From Thermoanaerobaculaceae bacterium (lineage in GTDB: Bacteria > Acidobacteriota > Thermoanaerobaculia > Thermoanaerobaculales > Thermoanaerobaculaceae), in the NCBI GenBank assembly GCA_035403265.1, contig DAONEV010000002.1:1-58096 (forward strand): a stretch of 58,096 nt of DNA, written 5' to 3'. The notes beneath the pieces were generated by a model. It saw only the letters and a program-made list of their open reading frames with translations, ran no database searches and had not been told where the DNA came from. Numbering within the stretch: position 1 is the first letter of the stretch; each line of letters begins with the position of its first letter. The translations under genes and the position numbers were made by a program. Positions 28,433 through 35,929 of the stretch are shown piece by piece.

Positions 28433-29215
28433 TCAGATGCTCATGGCATTGAAGCCACCGTCGACCACGAGCTCGGTACCCGTAATGAACGCCCCGGCCC
28501 GGTCGGAGGCAAGCAGCAGGGTTGCACCGACAAGGTTCTCCGCCTCCCCGAACCGTCCCATGGGCGTGTGGGCCATGATCGACGCGACACGCTCCGGAGT
28601 GAGCACCTTGCGGTTCTGCTCGGCCGGGAAGAAGCCCGGAACCATGACGTTGACGCGGATCCCCAGAGCCGCCCACTCGCGGGCCAGGTTCTTCGATAGG
28701 TTGTGGACGGCGGCCTTCGAGATCGAGTAGGTAAACACCCGCGAGAGCGGCGTCAGGCCGGCCATGGAGCCCATGTTGATGATACTGGCGCCCACGCCAT
28801 CTCGCCGCGCTCGCTCGACGAAGTAGCGGCCGAACACCTGACAGGCGAGGAAGACCGTCTTGACGTTGACCGTCATGATCTGGTCGTACTCGGCCTCCGG
28901 GATCTCGAGGAACGGACATGCCGAGTTGATCCCGGCGCCGTTGATCAGGATGTCCACCTGCCCGCAGCGGCGCCGCGTCTCGGCGAGCAGGGCCTCCAGG
29001 TCATCCTTGCTGGTGGCATCGCACATGAGCGACGACGCCTTGCCTCCGGCCGCGGCAATCCGTTCCAGGCGGCTCCGCGCCTTCTCGGGCTCCCGGTCGG
29101 CCAGGAAGACCTCGGCGCCGGCCGTGGCCAACCCTTCCCCCATGGCACCGCAGAGCTCTCCGGCGCCTCCCACGACAACCGCCACCTTGCCTCGCAGCTC
29201 GAAAAGGTCGCTCAT
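28433..29215 (-). CDS. SDR-family oxidoreductase, candidate fructuronate reductase / D-mannonate oxidoreductase (UxuB-type)
   Basis: [15 protein letters not shown] Rossmann motif, NGAG and YSISK (YxxxK). ATG 29215 has AGGAG upstream, and the ORF-track start at 29314 is an extension. The function is inferred from adjacency to the UxaE-like gene. Confidence 0.8.
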   Translation of the reverse strand: MSDLFELRGKVAVVVGGAGELCGAMGEGLATAGAEVFLADREPEKARSRLERIAAAGGKASSLMCDATSKDDLEALLAETRRRCGQVDILINGAGINSACPFLEIPEAEYDQIMTVNVKTVFLACQVFGRYFVERARRDGVGASIINMGSMAGLTPLSRVFTYSISKAAVHNLSKNLAREWAALGIRVNVMVPGFFPAEQNRKVLTPERVASIMAHTPMGRFGEAENLVGATLLLASDRAGAFITGTELVVDGGFNAMSI

Positions 29216-29239
29216 GATCGCCACTCCTGTCCTGGTCTC

Positions 29240-29268
29240 GTTATCCCACCCGGGACGTTGCCCGTCAA
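29240..29268 (-). promoter_or_regulatory. sigma70-like promoter for the SDR gene
   Basis: Read on the minus strand: TTGACG (29263-29268), 17 nt, GATAAC (29240-29245). Lies about 25 nt upstream of ATG 29215. Confidence 0.35.
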
Positions 29269-29314
29269 GCCGAAGGTCCATCTTCTTCGCACCACTCTCC
29301 ACTTGACTCGACAA

Positions 29315-29327
29315 GTGGTCTAACCAC
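29315..29327. promoter_or_regulatory. palindromic FadR/GntR-type operator in the SDR / LarA-like divergent region
   Basis: GTGGTCTAACCAC has 10/10 arm positions of GTGGT-N3-ACCAC. Lies 66 nt upstream of GTG 29393. Confidence 0.5.
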
Positions 29328-29392
29328 CTGCTAGACTTGTATCAGAAAATCCGAGGCGGGGCAACCCAGCCTGCCCGACGTGGAGCGGGAAC

Positions 29393-30700
29393 GTGGTCAT
29401 TGGACGTGGGGTGACGGATCGCTTGCTGTCGCCGCCCGAGGTTCGCGAGATCGTGGAGCAGTCCATGGCAACCCTGGACCCGGCCTGGCGGCGCGTCCTG
29501 GTGTTGATCCCGGACGGCACGCGAAGCATGCCGCTCCCGTGGCTCGTCGACCTTCTGGACGAGACACTCGGCCCGCGGGTCGAAGCCCTCGACTACCTTG
29601 TGGCGCTCGGCACCCACAGGCCCATGAGTGACGAGCAGCTAGGACGCCTGATCGGCCGGACGGTCGTGAAGGGACGCGCGGGATCGAGCCGGGTCTTCAA
29701 CCACCACGCCTCCCAGTCGGGCGAGCTGGTGCAGCTCGGAACGATCCCGGCGGCGGAGATCGCGGCCATCACGGGTGGCCTACTGGACGAGGAGCTTCCG
29801 GTCAGGCTCAACCGTCTCGTGCTCGAGTACGACGCCCTGCTCGTGTGCGGCCCGGTTTTCCCCCACGAGGTGGTCGGGTTCTCGGGCGGGAACAAGTACT
29901 TCTTCCCCGGCATCGCAGGACCAGAGGTCATCAACCTGACTCATTGGCTCGGCGCTCTCATTTCCAGCTTCGAGGTGATCGGTGCAGGCTACACGGCGGT
30001 GCGGGCCGTGGTCGACCGGGCCGCCGCGCTGATCGGCTGCCCGAAGAGGTGCCTCGCCGCGGTCGTCACCGGGTCCGGGCTCGCCGGGCTGTTCTTCGGG
30101 GAGCCGCACGAGGCGTGGCAGGCGGCTGCCAAGCTGTCCGCGCGCGTGCATGTCGTGTGGGTCGAGAAGCCTTTCCGCCGTGTGCTCTCCGTGATGCCTG
30201 CGATGTACGAGGACCTGTGGACGGCCGCCAAGGGGATGTACAAGGCAGAGCCCGCGGTGGCCGACGGTGGCGAGGTGGTCATCTACGCCCCGCACCTCAC
30301 GGAGGTCAGCTTCACGCATGGACCGGCCATCGAGGCGATCGGCTACCACTGCCGGGACTACTTCCTGGGTCAGTGGGAGCGTTTCAGAACGGTCCCGGGC
30401 GGCGTGCTCGCCCATTCGACCCACCTCAAGGGTCTCGGCCGCTGGGACGCCGCCACGTGCGTGGAGACTCCCCGCATCAGGGTGACGCTGGCCACCGGCA
30501 TCTCCGAGCCACGGTGCCGCCATCTGAACCTCGGCTACCTCGACCCCGCCGAGGTTGATGTCGACGCGTGGAAGGGGCGCGAGGACGAGGGTGTCCTCGT
30601 GGTGCCGCGAGCCGGAGAGATGCTGTATCGGGTGCGAGCAAGCCTACAAAACGCGGACCCCCTGGCCGGGCCGAAGGAGGAACCATGGACCACGGACTGA
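29393..30700 (+). CDS. LarA-family nickel-pincer-nucleotide-dependent 2-hydroxyacid racemase/epimerase homologue
   Basis: IPDGTRS (Asp/Arg), ALGTHR, and PHEVVGFSGGNK-x15-H, i.e. His-x9-Lys-x15-His. This is the same spacing as H174/K184/H200 of L. plantarum LarA. The Lys codon AAG is at 29894-29896. The GTG start has GGAG upstream. Confidence 0.8.
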   Translation: MVIGRGVTDRLLSPPEVREIVEQSMATLDPAWRRVLVLIPDGTRSMPLPWLVDLLDETLGPRVEALDYLVALGTHRPMSDEQLGRLIGRTVVKGRAGSSRVFNHHASQSGELVQLGTIPAAEIAAITGGLLDEELPVRLNRLVLEYDALLVCGPVFPHEVVGFSGGNKYFFPGIAGPEVINLTHWLGALISSFEVIGAGYTAVRAVVDRAAALIGCPKRCLAAVVTGSGLAGLFFGEPHEAWQAAAKLSARVHVVWVEKPFRRVLSVMPAMYEDLWTAAKGMYKAEPAVADGGEVVIYAPHLTEVSFTHGPAIEAIGYHCRDYFLGQWERFRTVPGGVLAHSTHLKGLGRWDAATCVETPRIRVTLATGISEPRCRHLNLGYLDPAEVDVDAWKGREDEGVLVVPRAGEMLYRVRASLQNADPLAGPKEEPWTTD

Positions 30701-31767
30701 CGATCCCCAAGGACGGCGCCCTCGACTTCCTGGCACTAGGAGCGCTCGTGCATCGCCTGGACCCGGGCGTGGTGCCGTTCCGGAAGGCCGCGAGCTGCCA
30801 GATCCACGTCAGTGGGGGAGAGTTCAACTGTGCCGCCAACCTCGCGGACTGCTTCGGTCTCTCCACGGGGGTCGTCACTGCGATGGTCGACTACCCGATC
30901 GGCGACCTCATCGCCGAGCGGGTGCGGGCCATGGGCGTCAGGCCCTTTTACAAGCACTTCACCCATGATGGCGTGAGCGGCCCGAACATGGCCACCGTCT
31001 ACAGCGACCGGGGCTTCGGGGTGCGGGCACCGGTCGTCTTCTACAACCGCTCGAACGAGGCGGCAGCTCAGCTTGCGCCTGGCGACGTCGACTGGTCGAG
31101 CCTTTTCTCGCGTGGTGTTCGCTGGTTTCACAGCGGCGGGATCTTCGCGTCGCTTTCACCCACCACGGCGGACCTGATCGTCGAAGGCATGACGGCTGCC
31201 AGGGCCGCCGGCGCGGTGGTCTCCTTCGACCTCAACTTCCGAGAGAAGCTCTGGAGGAGCTCGGGCGGACGCAACCGTGCCGTGGAGGTGCTCGGCCGCA
31301 TCGTGAGGCATGTGGACGTGCTCGTCGGCAACGAGGAGGATCTTCAGCAGGGGCTCGGCATCCCAGGCCCCGAGGTCGCGGCGCGGTCCAGGCTCGACCC
31401 GCGCGCCTTCATCGAGATGATCGGGCGGGTGATCGAGGCCTTTCCCCGGGTCAAGGTCGTGGCCACAACCCTGCGCGAGGTCCACACGTCCAGCCGGCAC
31501 TCGTGGGGAGCCGTCGCCTGGTTCGGCGGCAGGACGGTCGTCACACCCACGCTGGAGCTCGAGGTCCTGGATCGAGTGGGTGGCGGCGACGGGTTCGCCT
31601 CGGGGTTCTTCTACGGGTTGCTGGCCGGGGAACCTCCCGAGGCGGCGCTCCGGCTCGGCTGGGCTCACGGCGCGCTCGTCGCGACGTTTCCGGGCGACAC
31701 GACGATGGCCACCCTCGATCAGGTCCAGGCGCTTGCCAGAGGTGCCTCCTCCCGCATCCAGCGCTGA
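30685..31767 (+). CDS. PfkB-family sugar(-acid) kinase, paralogue of kdgK (kinase 2)
   Basis: ATG 30685 is preceded by GAAGGAGG and overlaps the LarA-like stop by 16 nt. Shares RW.HSGGIF, VDVL.GNEED....LG and LDRVGGGD.FASG with the kinase at 18663-19757. Confidence 0.85.
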   Translation: MDHGLTIPKDGALDFLALGALVHRLDPGVVPFRKAASCQIHVSGGEFNCAANLADCFGLSTGVVTAMVDYPIGDLIAERVRAMGVRPFYKHFTHDGVSGPNMATVYSDRGFGVRAPVVFYNRSNEAAAQLAPGDVDWSSLFSRGVRWFHSGGIFASLSPTTADLIVEGMTAARAAGAVVSFDLNFREKLWRSSGGRNRAVEVLGRIVRHVDVLVGNEEDLQQGLGIPGPEVAARSRLDPRAFIEMIGRVIEAFPRVKVVATTLREVHTSSRHSWGAVAWFGGRTVVTPTLELEVLDRVGGGDGFASGFFYGLLAGEPPEAALRLGWAHGALVATFPGDTTMATLDQVQALARGASSRIQR

Positions 31768-31912
31768 CACCCAGAGCCCGTCCCGGCGCGGCGTTGGCGG
31801 CGCCGCACCCGTCGTGAGCCACGACGAGAGCGACCCTTCTCTTGCCCGCCGGGCTGGGAGGCGCATCTTCACCGGCGGCGGTGGTGGCGGCGGGAGTTGG
31901 TAGAGTGCGGCG

Positions 31913-32623
31913 ATGAACCTGCTGCTCCTCGGACCAGAGGATCTCGTCGCTCCGGGGCGGGCACGACTCGGCGGAAGGCGCTGCGTCCATGTCCGGGAGA
32001 TCCACCGCGCCGAGGTCGGTGACACCCTCAAGGTGGGTCTGCTCGACGGTGGCATCGGGTCGGCCCGGGTCGTCCGCACCGACCCCGAGGCGCTCGATCT
32101 GGTCCTGGGGGAGCTCGACCAGCCACCTCCGGCCAAGCTACCCTTGACGCTGGTCCTGGCGCTCCCCCGCCCCAAGGTGCTCAACCGCGTGCTGGCCTCG
32201 GCGACCAGCCTCGGGGTCGCGCGCATCGTCCTGCTCAACGCCTGGCGCGTCGAGAAGGCGTACTGGAAGAGCCCGCGCCTCGACGTCGAGAACCTGCGGC
32301 AGCAGCGGCTGCTGGGCCTCGAGCAGGCCGGAGACACGGTGCTGCCGGAGCTCGTCCTGGCCCGGCTCTTCCGCCCGTTCGTGGAGCAGGCGCTGCCCGC
32401 CCTCGCCGCGGGGACGCGGTGCCTGGTGGCCCATCCCGGGGCGGGCACGCCCTGTCCCCGTTCCCTTGCTGAGCCGGTCACGCTCGCCATTGGCCCCGAA
32501 GGTGGTTGGATCGAGCCCGAGGTCGAGAGCCTGCGCGGTGCGGGCTTCACGCCCGTGGAAATTGGTCCCCGCATCCTCCGCACCGAGACCGCCCTCGCCG
32601 CTCTGGTGGGGAGGTTGTACTAG
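31913..32623 (+). CDS. rsmE: 16S rRNA (uracil1498-N3)-methyltransferase
   Basis: Size (236 aa), N-terminal PUA-like segment and the C-terminal GPEGGW.E.E......G......G.RILRTETA motif. Confidence 0.8.
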   Translation: MNLLLLGPEDLVAPGRARLGGRRCVHVREIHRAEVGDTLKVGLLDGGIGSARVVRTDPEALDLVLGELDQPPPAKLPLTLVLALPRPKVLNRVLASATSLGVARIVLLNAWRVEKAYWKSPRLDVENLRQQRLLGLEQAGDTVLPELVLARLFRPFVEQALPALAAGTRCLVAHPGAGTPCPRSLAEPVTLAIGPEGGWIEPEVESLRGAGFTPVEIGPRILRTETALAALVGRLY

Positions 32624-32663
32624 GAGCCTGTCGGAGAAATCGGAAGGCCCGCGCGCAGGGGGG

Positions 32664-34484
32664 TCACTCGTGCTGGCGGGCTTCCAGCTCGGCCCAACGG
32701 GCGTAGAGCCGCTCGACCTCGGCCTGAGCCGCGTTCATCTGCAGCACCGCCTCGTGTAGGACCGGCGCGTTGCTGGCGATGGCGGGATCGTGGGCGGTGG
32801 TGGTGGCCGCCGCGAGCGTCGCCTCGGCCGCCAGGACCGCGGCCTCCATGCGCTCCCACTCGAGCCGTTCCCGGTAGGGCAGCCGCCGCAGCCCGGTCTG
32901 CCGGTCCTCACTCCGCGTCTGGCGCGGGTCTGGCGAGACAACGGCCCGGTCGGCCAGGGCCGATGCTGCCGCGGCTCGCGCCGCCTCCCACTGGGCGTAG
33001 TCGGCGTAGAGCAGGGCGGAGCCGGCGCCGTCCAGCGCCAGGATGCGGTTGGAGACGCGGTCGAGCAGGTAGCGGTCGTGGGTGACCAGGACCAGTGCGC
33101 CCGGGAACTCCAGCAGGCTCTCCTCGAGCACCTCGAGGGTCGGGATGTCGAGGTCATTCGTGGGCTCGTCGAGGAGCAGGACGTCCGCGGGCTCGAGCAT
33201 CAGCCGGGCGAGCAGCACGCGGGCCTGCTCGCCGCCCGAGAGTCTCCCCACCGGTTGCTCGAGCTGCTCCGAGGTGAACAGGAACCGCTTCGCCCAGCCC
33301 GCGACGTGAATGGCCTTGCCGCCGAAGAGCACCGAGTCGGACTGGGAGGCGAGGCTCTCCCGCAGGGTTCGCAAGGGGTCGAGGGCCGAGCGCTCCTGCT
33401 CGAACTGCACGACCTTGAGCTCGAGCGCCCGGTCGATCCGCCCGGCGTCAGGCTCCAACCGACCCGCCAGCAGGCGCAGCACGGTGCTCTTGCCGCTGCC
33501 GTTGGGCCCGACCAGGCCGAGCCGCAGCCCGGGCGAGAGCACGAGCGAGAGATCCCGAACGACCGGGGACCCGCCGTAGCCCTTCGCGACGCCCCGGACG
33601 ACGACCAGCTCGCGGGTGCGACGCCCCGAGGCGGTGAACTCGATGTCGGCGCTGGGACGCGTCGAACGCGAGCGCAGGCCTTCGAGCTCGGAGCTCAGAC
33701 GGCCCGCCTCGTCCACCCGTGCCTGGCCCTTTCGGGTGCGCGCCCGGGCCTTGTGGGCGAGCCAGTCCATCTCGCGCCGGACCTTGTTGGCGAGCGACTC
33801 CTGGTAGCTCTGCTGCCCCGCCAGGGCGGCGTCCTTCTCGGCCAGGAACTTGAGGTAGCCGGCCTTGACCTCGAAGAGGCCCTGCGGCCAGACGCGGGCC
33901 AGCTCGATCATGCGGCCGGTGACGTTCTGGAGGAAGTAGCGGTCATGGCTGACCACCAGGAAGGCGAGCGCCGAGGTGGTGAGCAACCCTTCGAGCCAGG
34001 CGATGCCCTCGAGGTCGAGGTGGTTGGTTGGCTCGTCCATGAGCAGCAGCTCGGGCTGCCGGGCGAGCTCGCGGGCGATGGCGAGGCGCTTGCGCCAGCC
34101 GCCCGACAGCGTGGCCACGCGCTGCTGCGGATCCTCGAATCCGGCCCGCGACAGCGCCACGGCGGCGCGGGTCGCCTTCTCGTAGTCCTCGCCCCGCTCT
34201 CCCGCCAGGGCGTCGAGGACCACAGCCTCGGCCGTGCCTGCGCCGTCGAAGGCCGGGTCCTGGGGGACGTAGCCGATGGTCAGGTCCCGGCGGGCCACCA
34301 CGGACCCCGAGTCCGGTGTCTCGGCCCCGGCGAGGATGCGCAGCAGGGTCGTCTTTCCGGACCCGTTCGGCCCGACCAGACCGACCCGCTCACCTTCCGT
34401 GATGGAAAGCGACAAGTCCTCGAACAACGGCCGGACGCCAAACGCCTTGCCGATCCCCTGGCAGCTCAGCAGCAGCTCGGCCAC
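32664..34484 (-). CDS. ABC-F family ATPase (Uup/EttA-like, no membrane domain)
   Basis: Two ABC cassettes (GPNGSGKTT twice, LSGGW/LSGGE signatures, LLMDEPTNHLD / LLLDEPTNDLD) and a C-terminal coiled-coil-like tail. Confidence 0.9.
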   Translation of the reverse strand: MAELLLSCQGIGKAFGVRPLFEDLSLSITEGERVGLVGPNGSGKTTLLRILAGAETPDSGSVVARRDLTIGYVPQDPAFDGAGTAEAVVLDALAGERGEDYEKATRAAVALSRAGFEDPQQRVATLSGGWRKRLAIARELARQPELLLMDEPTNHLDLEGIAWLEGLLTTSALAFLVVSHDRYFLQNVTGRMIELARVWPQGLFEVKAGYLKFLAEKDAALAGQQSYQESLANKVRREMDWLAHKARARTRKGQARVDEAGRLSSELEGLRSRSTRPSADIEFTASGRRTRELVVVRGVAKGYGGSPVVRDLSLVLSPGLRLGLVGPNGSGKSTVLRLLAGRLEPDAGRIDRALELKVVQFEQERSALDPLRTLRESLASQSDSVLFGGKAIHVAGWAKRFLFTSEQLEQPVGRLSGGEQARVLLARLMLEPADVLLLDEPTNDLDIPTLEVLEESLLEFPGALVLVTHDRYLLDRVSNRILALDGAGSALLYADYAQWEAARAAAASALADRAVVSPDPRQTRSEDRQTGLRRLPYRERLEWERMEAAVLAAEATLAAATTTAHDPAIASNAPVLHEAVLQMNAAQAEVERLYARWAELEARQHE

Positions 34485-34663
34485 GGGTCTCTCACCTCTC
34501 CGCGGTTTCCGACTCGGACGGCTCGCACGCGGGCGATGGTATCAGGGTGGATGAGGGCGTCTTGACCGTCCCTCGAACCCGGTCGCCCAGGTCCACGTCC
34601 ACGTCGAGATCCAAGTCCGGGCCTTGCGAGACCTTGAGCCCTTCTCGCGCCCTTCGCACCCTA

Positions 34664-35854
34664 CTACCGCGTCAGCAGGAGCAGGGTCTCGAGGTTGGCG
34701 GTGCCGGCGAAGAGGTCGAGGGGGACGGCCTGGCGGAGCCGGTAGCCAACCCGTGCCCAGGCCTCGACCTCGCGCGGGATCTCGTCGGTGCCGCAACAGA
34801 TGTGGACGACCCGTTGCGGCTGACGAGCGGCGAGGGCCGCCGCGACGTCAGGCGCCGTGCCCTGCCGCGGGGGATCGAGGAGCACGGCTTCGGGCAGCCG
34901 ACATGGGCGCAAACGACCGCCGAGGAACTCGCCGTCGATGCGGCCGGCCAGGAAGCGGACACGGTCGGCGCATCGCAGGTACGCGGCGCTGGCGCGCGCC
35001 GCCTCGATGGCCGGACCGTCGAAGTCCACCCCCAGCACCGCCGCGGCCGGGCGGCCGACGGTGAGCGAGAAGAGCCCGTACCCGCAGTAGAGGTCAAGCA
35101 GGGTGTGACCTTCGAGCGGCGCCAGGAGGGCGCCGGTGGTGGCCGTCATGACACCGACCATGGCGCCGTTGACCTGGGAGAAGACGGTGGGGGGGAACCG
35201 CAGCCGCACCCCTTCGGCCTCGACCTGCAGCCAGTCTGGGCCGAAGAGACGCTTGAACGAGAGTGTCCTGGTCGGGCGCCGCGCCTCGAGGTAGTAGTCC
35301 GAGCCGCTCGGGTCGAGGTAGAGGAAGCCGGCGCGGACGCCAAGGGGGGTCTGTTGCAGCGCCTCGGCGAGGTGCTTGCCGGCGCGCACCACGCGGGCGT
35401 CGAAGACGTTGACGTTGAGGATCACGGCGAGCGCCCCGGGTCCGCCCCGCACGATCACCCAGTTGAGAACCGACGCCATCGCGCGCCCCGGGGGCCGTCC
35501 CAGTCGTTCGAGGAGGAAGGCGTACACCGCCAGGTGCTCGGGGAGGTCGAGTGCCGAGGGCGCGAGGCCGCCTCCGGAGGGCACGGCTCCGGGGAACGTC
35601 AGGGCGAGGCCCTTTGGATCCAGGATCGCCCGGCGCTTGGTGGTCGTGCGGTAGCCGCGCGGCATCGGCGCGGGCACCACTGGCTGCGGCCGCCCGGGCA
35701 GGTGCTGGGCTTGCCAGAACGCGGCCAGCGCCTCGTCCTTGAGCTCGAGCTCGAGGGGGTAGGAGAGCGCTGCCAGCGGCTCTGGGTGTTGCACGGGCGG
35801 CAAAGCGAGGCCCCGCTGTGCGGCATACGTGCGGACGGCGTCGGAGAAGCTCAC
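34664..35854 (-). CDS. class I SAM-dependent RNA (uracil-5) methyltransferase, RumA/TrmA-like
   Basis: LLDLYCGYGLFSL (SAM motif I), LLDPPRQG (motif IV) and a Cys-containing VHICCG near the C-terminus. Confidence 0.7.
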   Translation of the reverse strand: MSFSDAVRTYAAQRGLALPPVQHPEPLAALSYPLELELKDEALAAFWQAQHLPGRPQPVVPAPMPRGYRTTTKRRAILDPKGLALTFPGAVPSGGGLAPSALDLPEHLAVYAFLLERLGRPPGRAMASVLNWVIVRGGPGALAVILNVNVFDARVVRAGKHLAEALQQTPLGVRAGFLYLDPSGSDYYLEARRPTRTLSFKRLFGPDWLQVEAEGVRLRFPPTVFSQVNGAMVGVMTATTGALLAPLEGHTLLDLYCGYGLFSLTVGRPAAAVLGVDFDGPAIEAARASAAYLRCADRVRFLAGRIDGEFLGGRLRPCRLPEAVLLDPPRQGTAPDVAAALAARQPQRVVHICCGTDEIPREVEAWARVGYRLRQAVPLDLFAGTANLETLLLLTR

Positions 35855-35929
35855 AATGTCACCCTAGCAGAGAGGAACGCGCCAGGTTCCTACAATGGTG
35901 TACCGTCTGAATGAGATCGCGGGGGGAAA

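Noticed and set aside
29303-29350. Promoter for the LarA-like gene (TTGACT at 29303-29308, TAGACT at 29332-29337)
   Set aside because: The spacer between the two hexamers is 23 nt, and no acceptable -10 lies at 16-18 nt. I could not define the promoter, so only the operator palindrome is reported.
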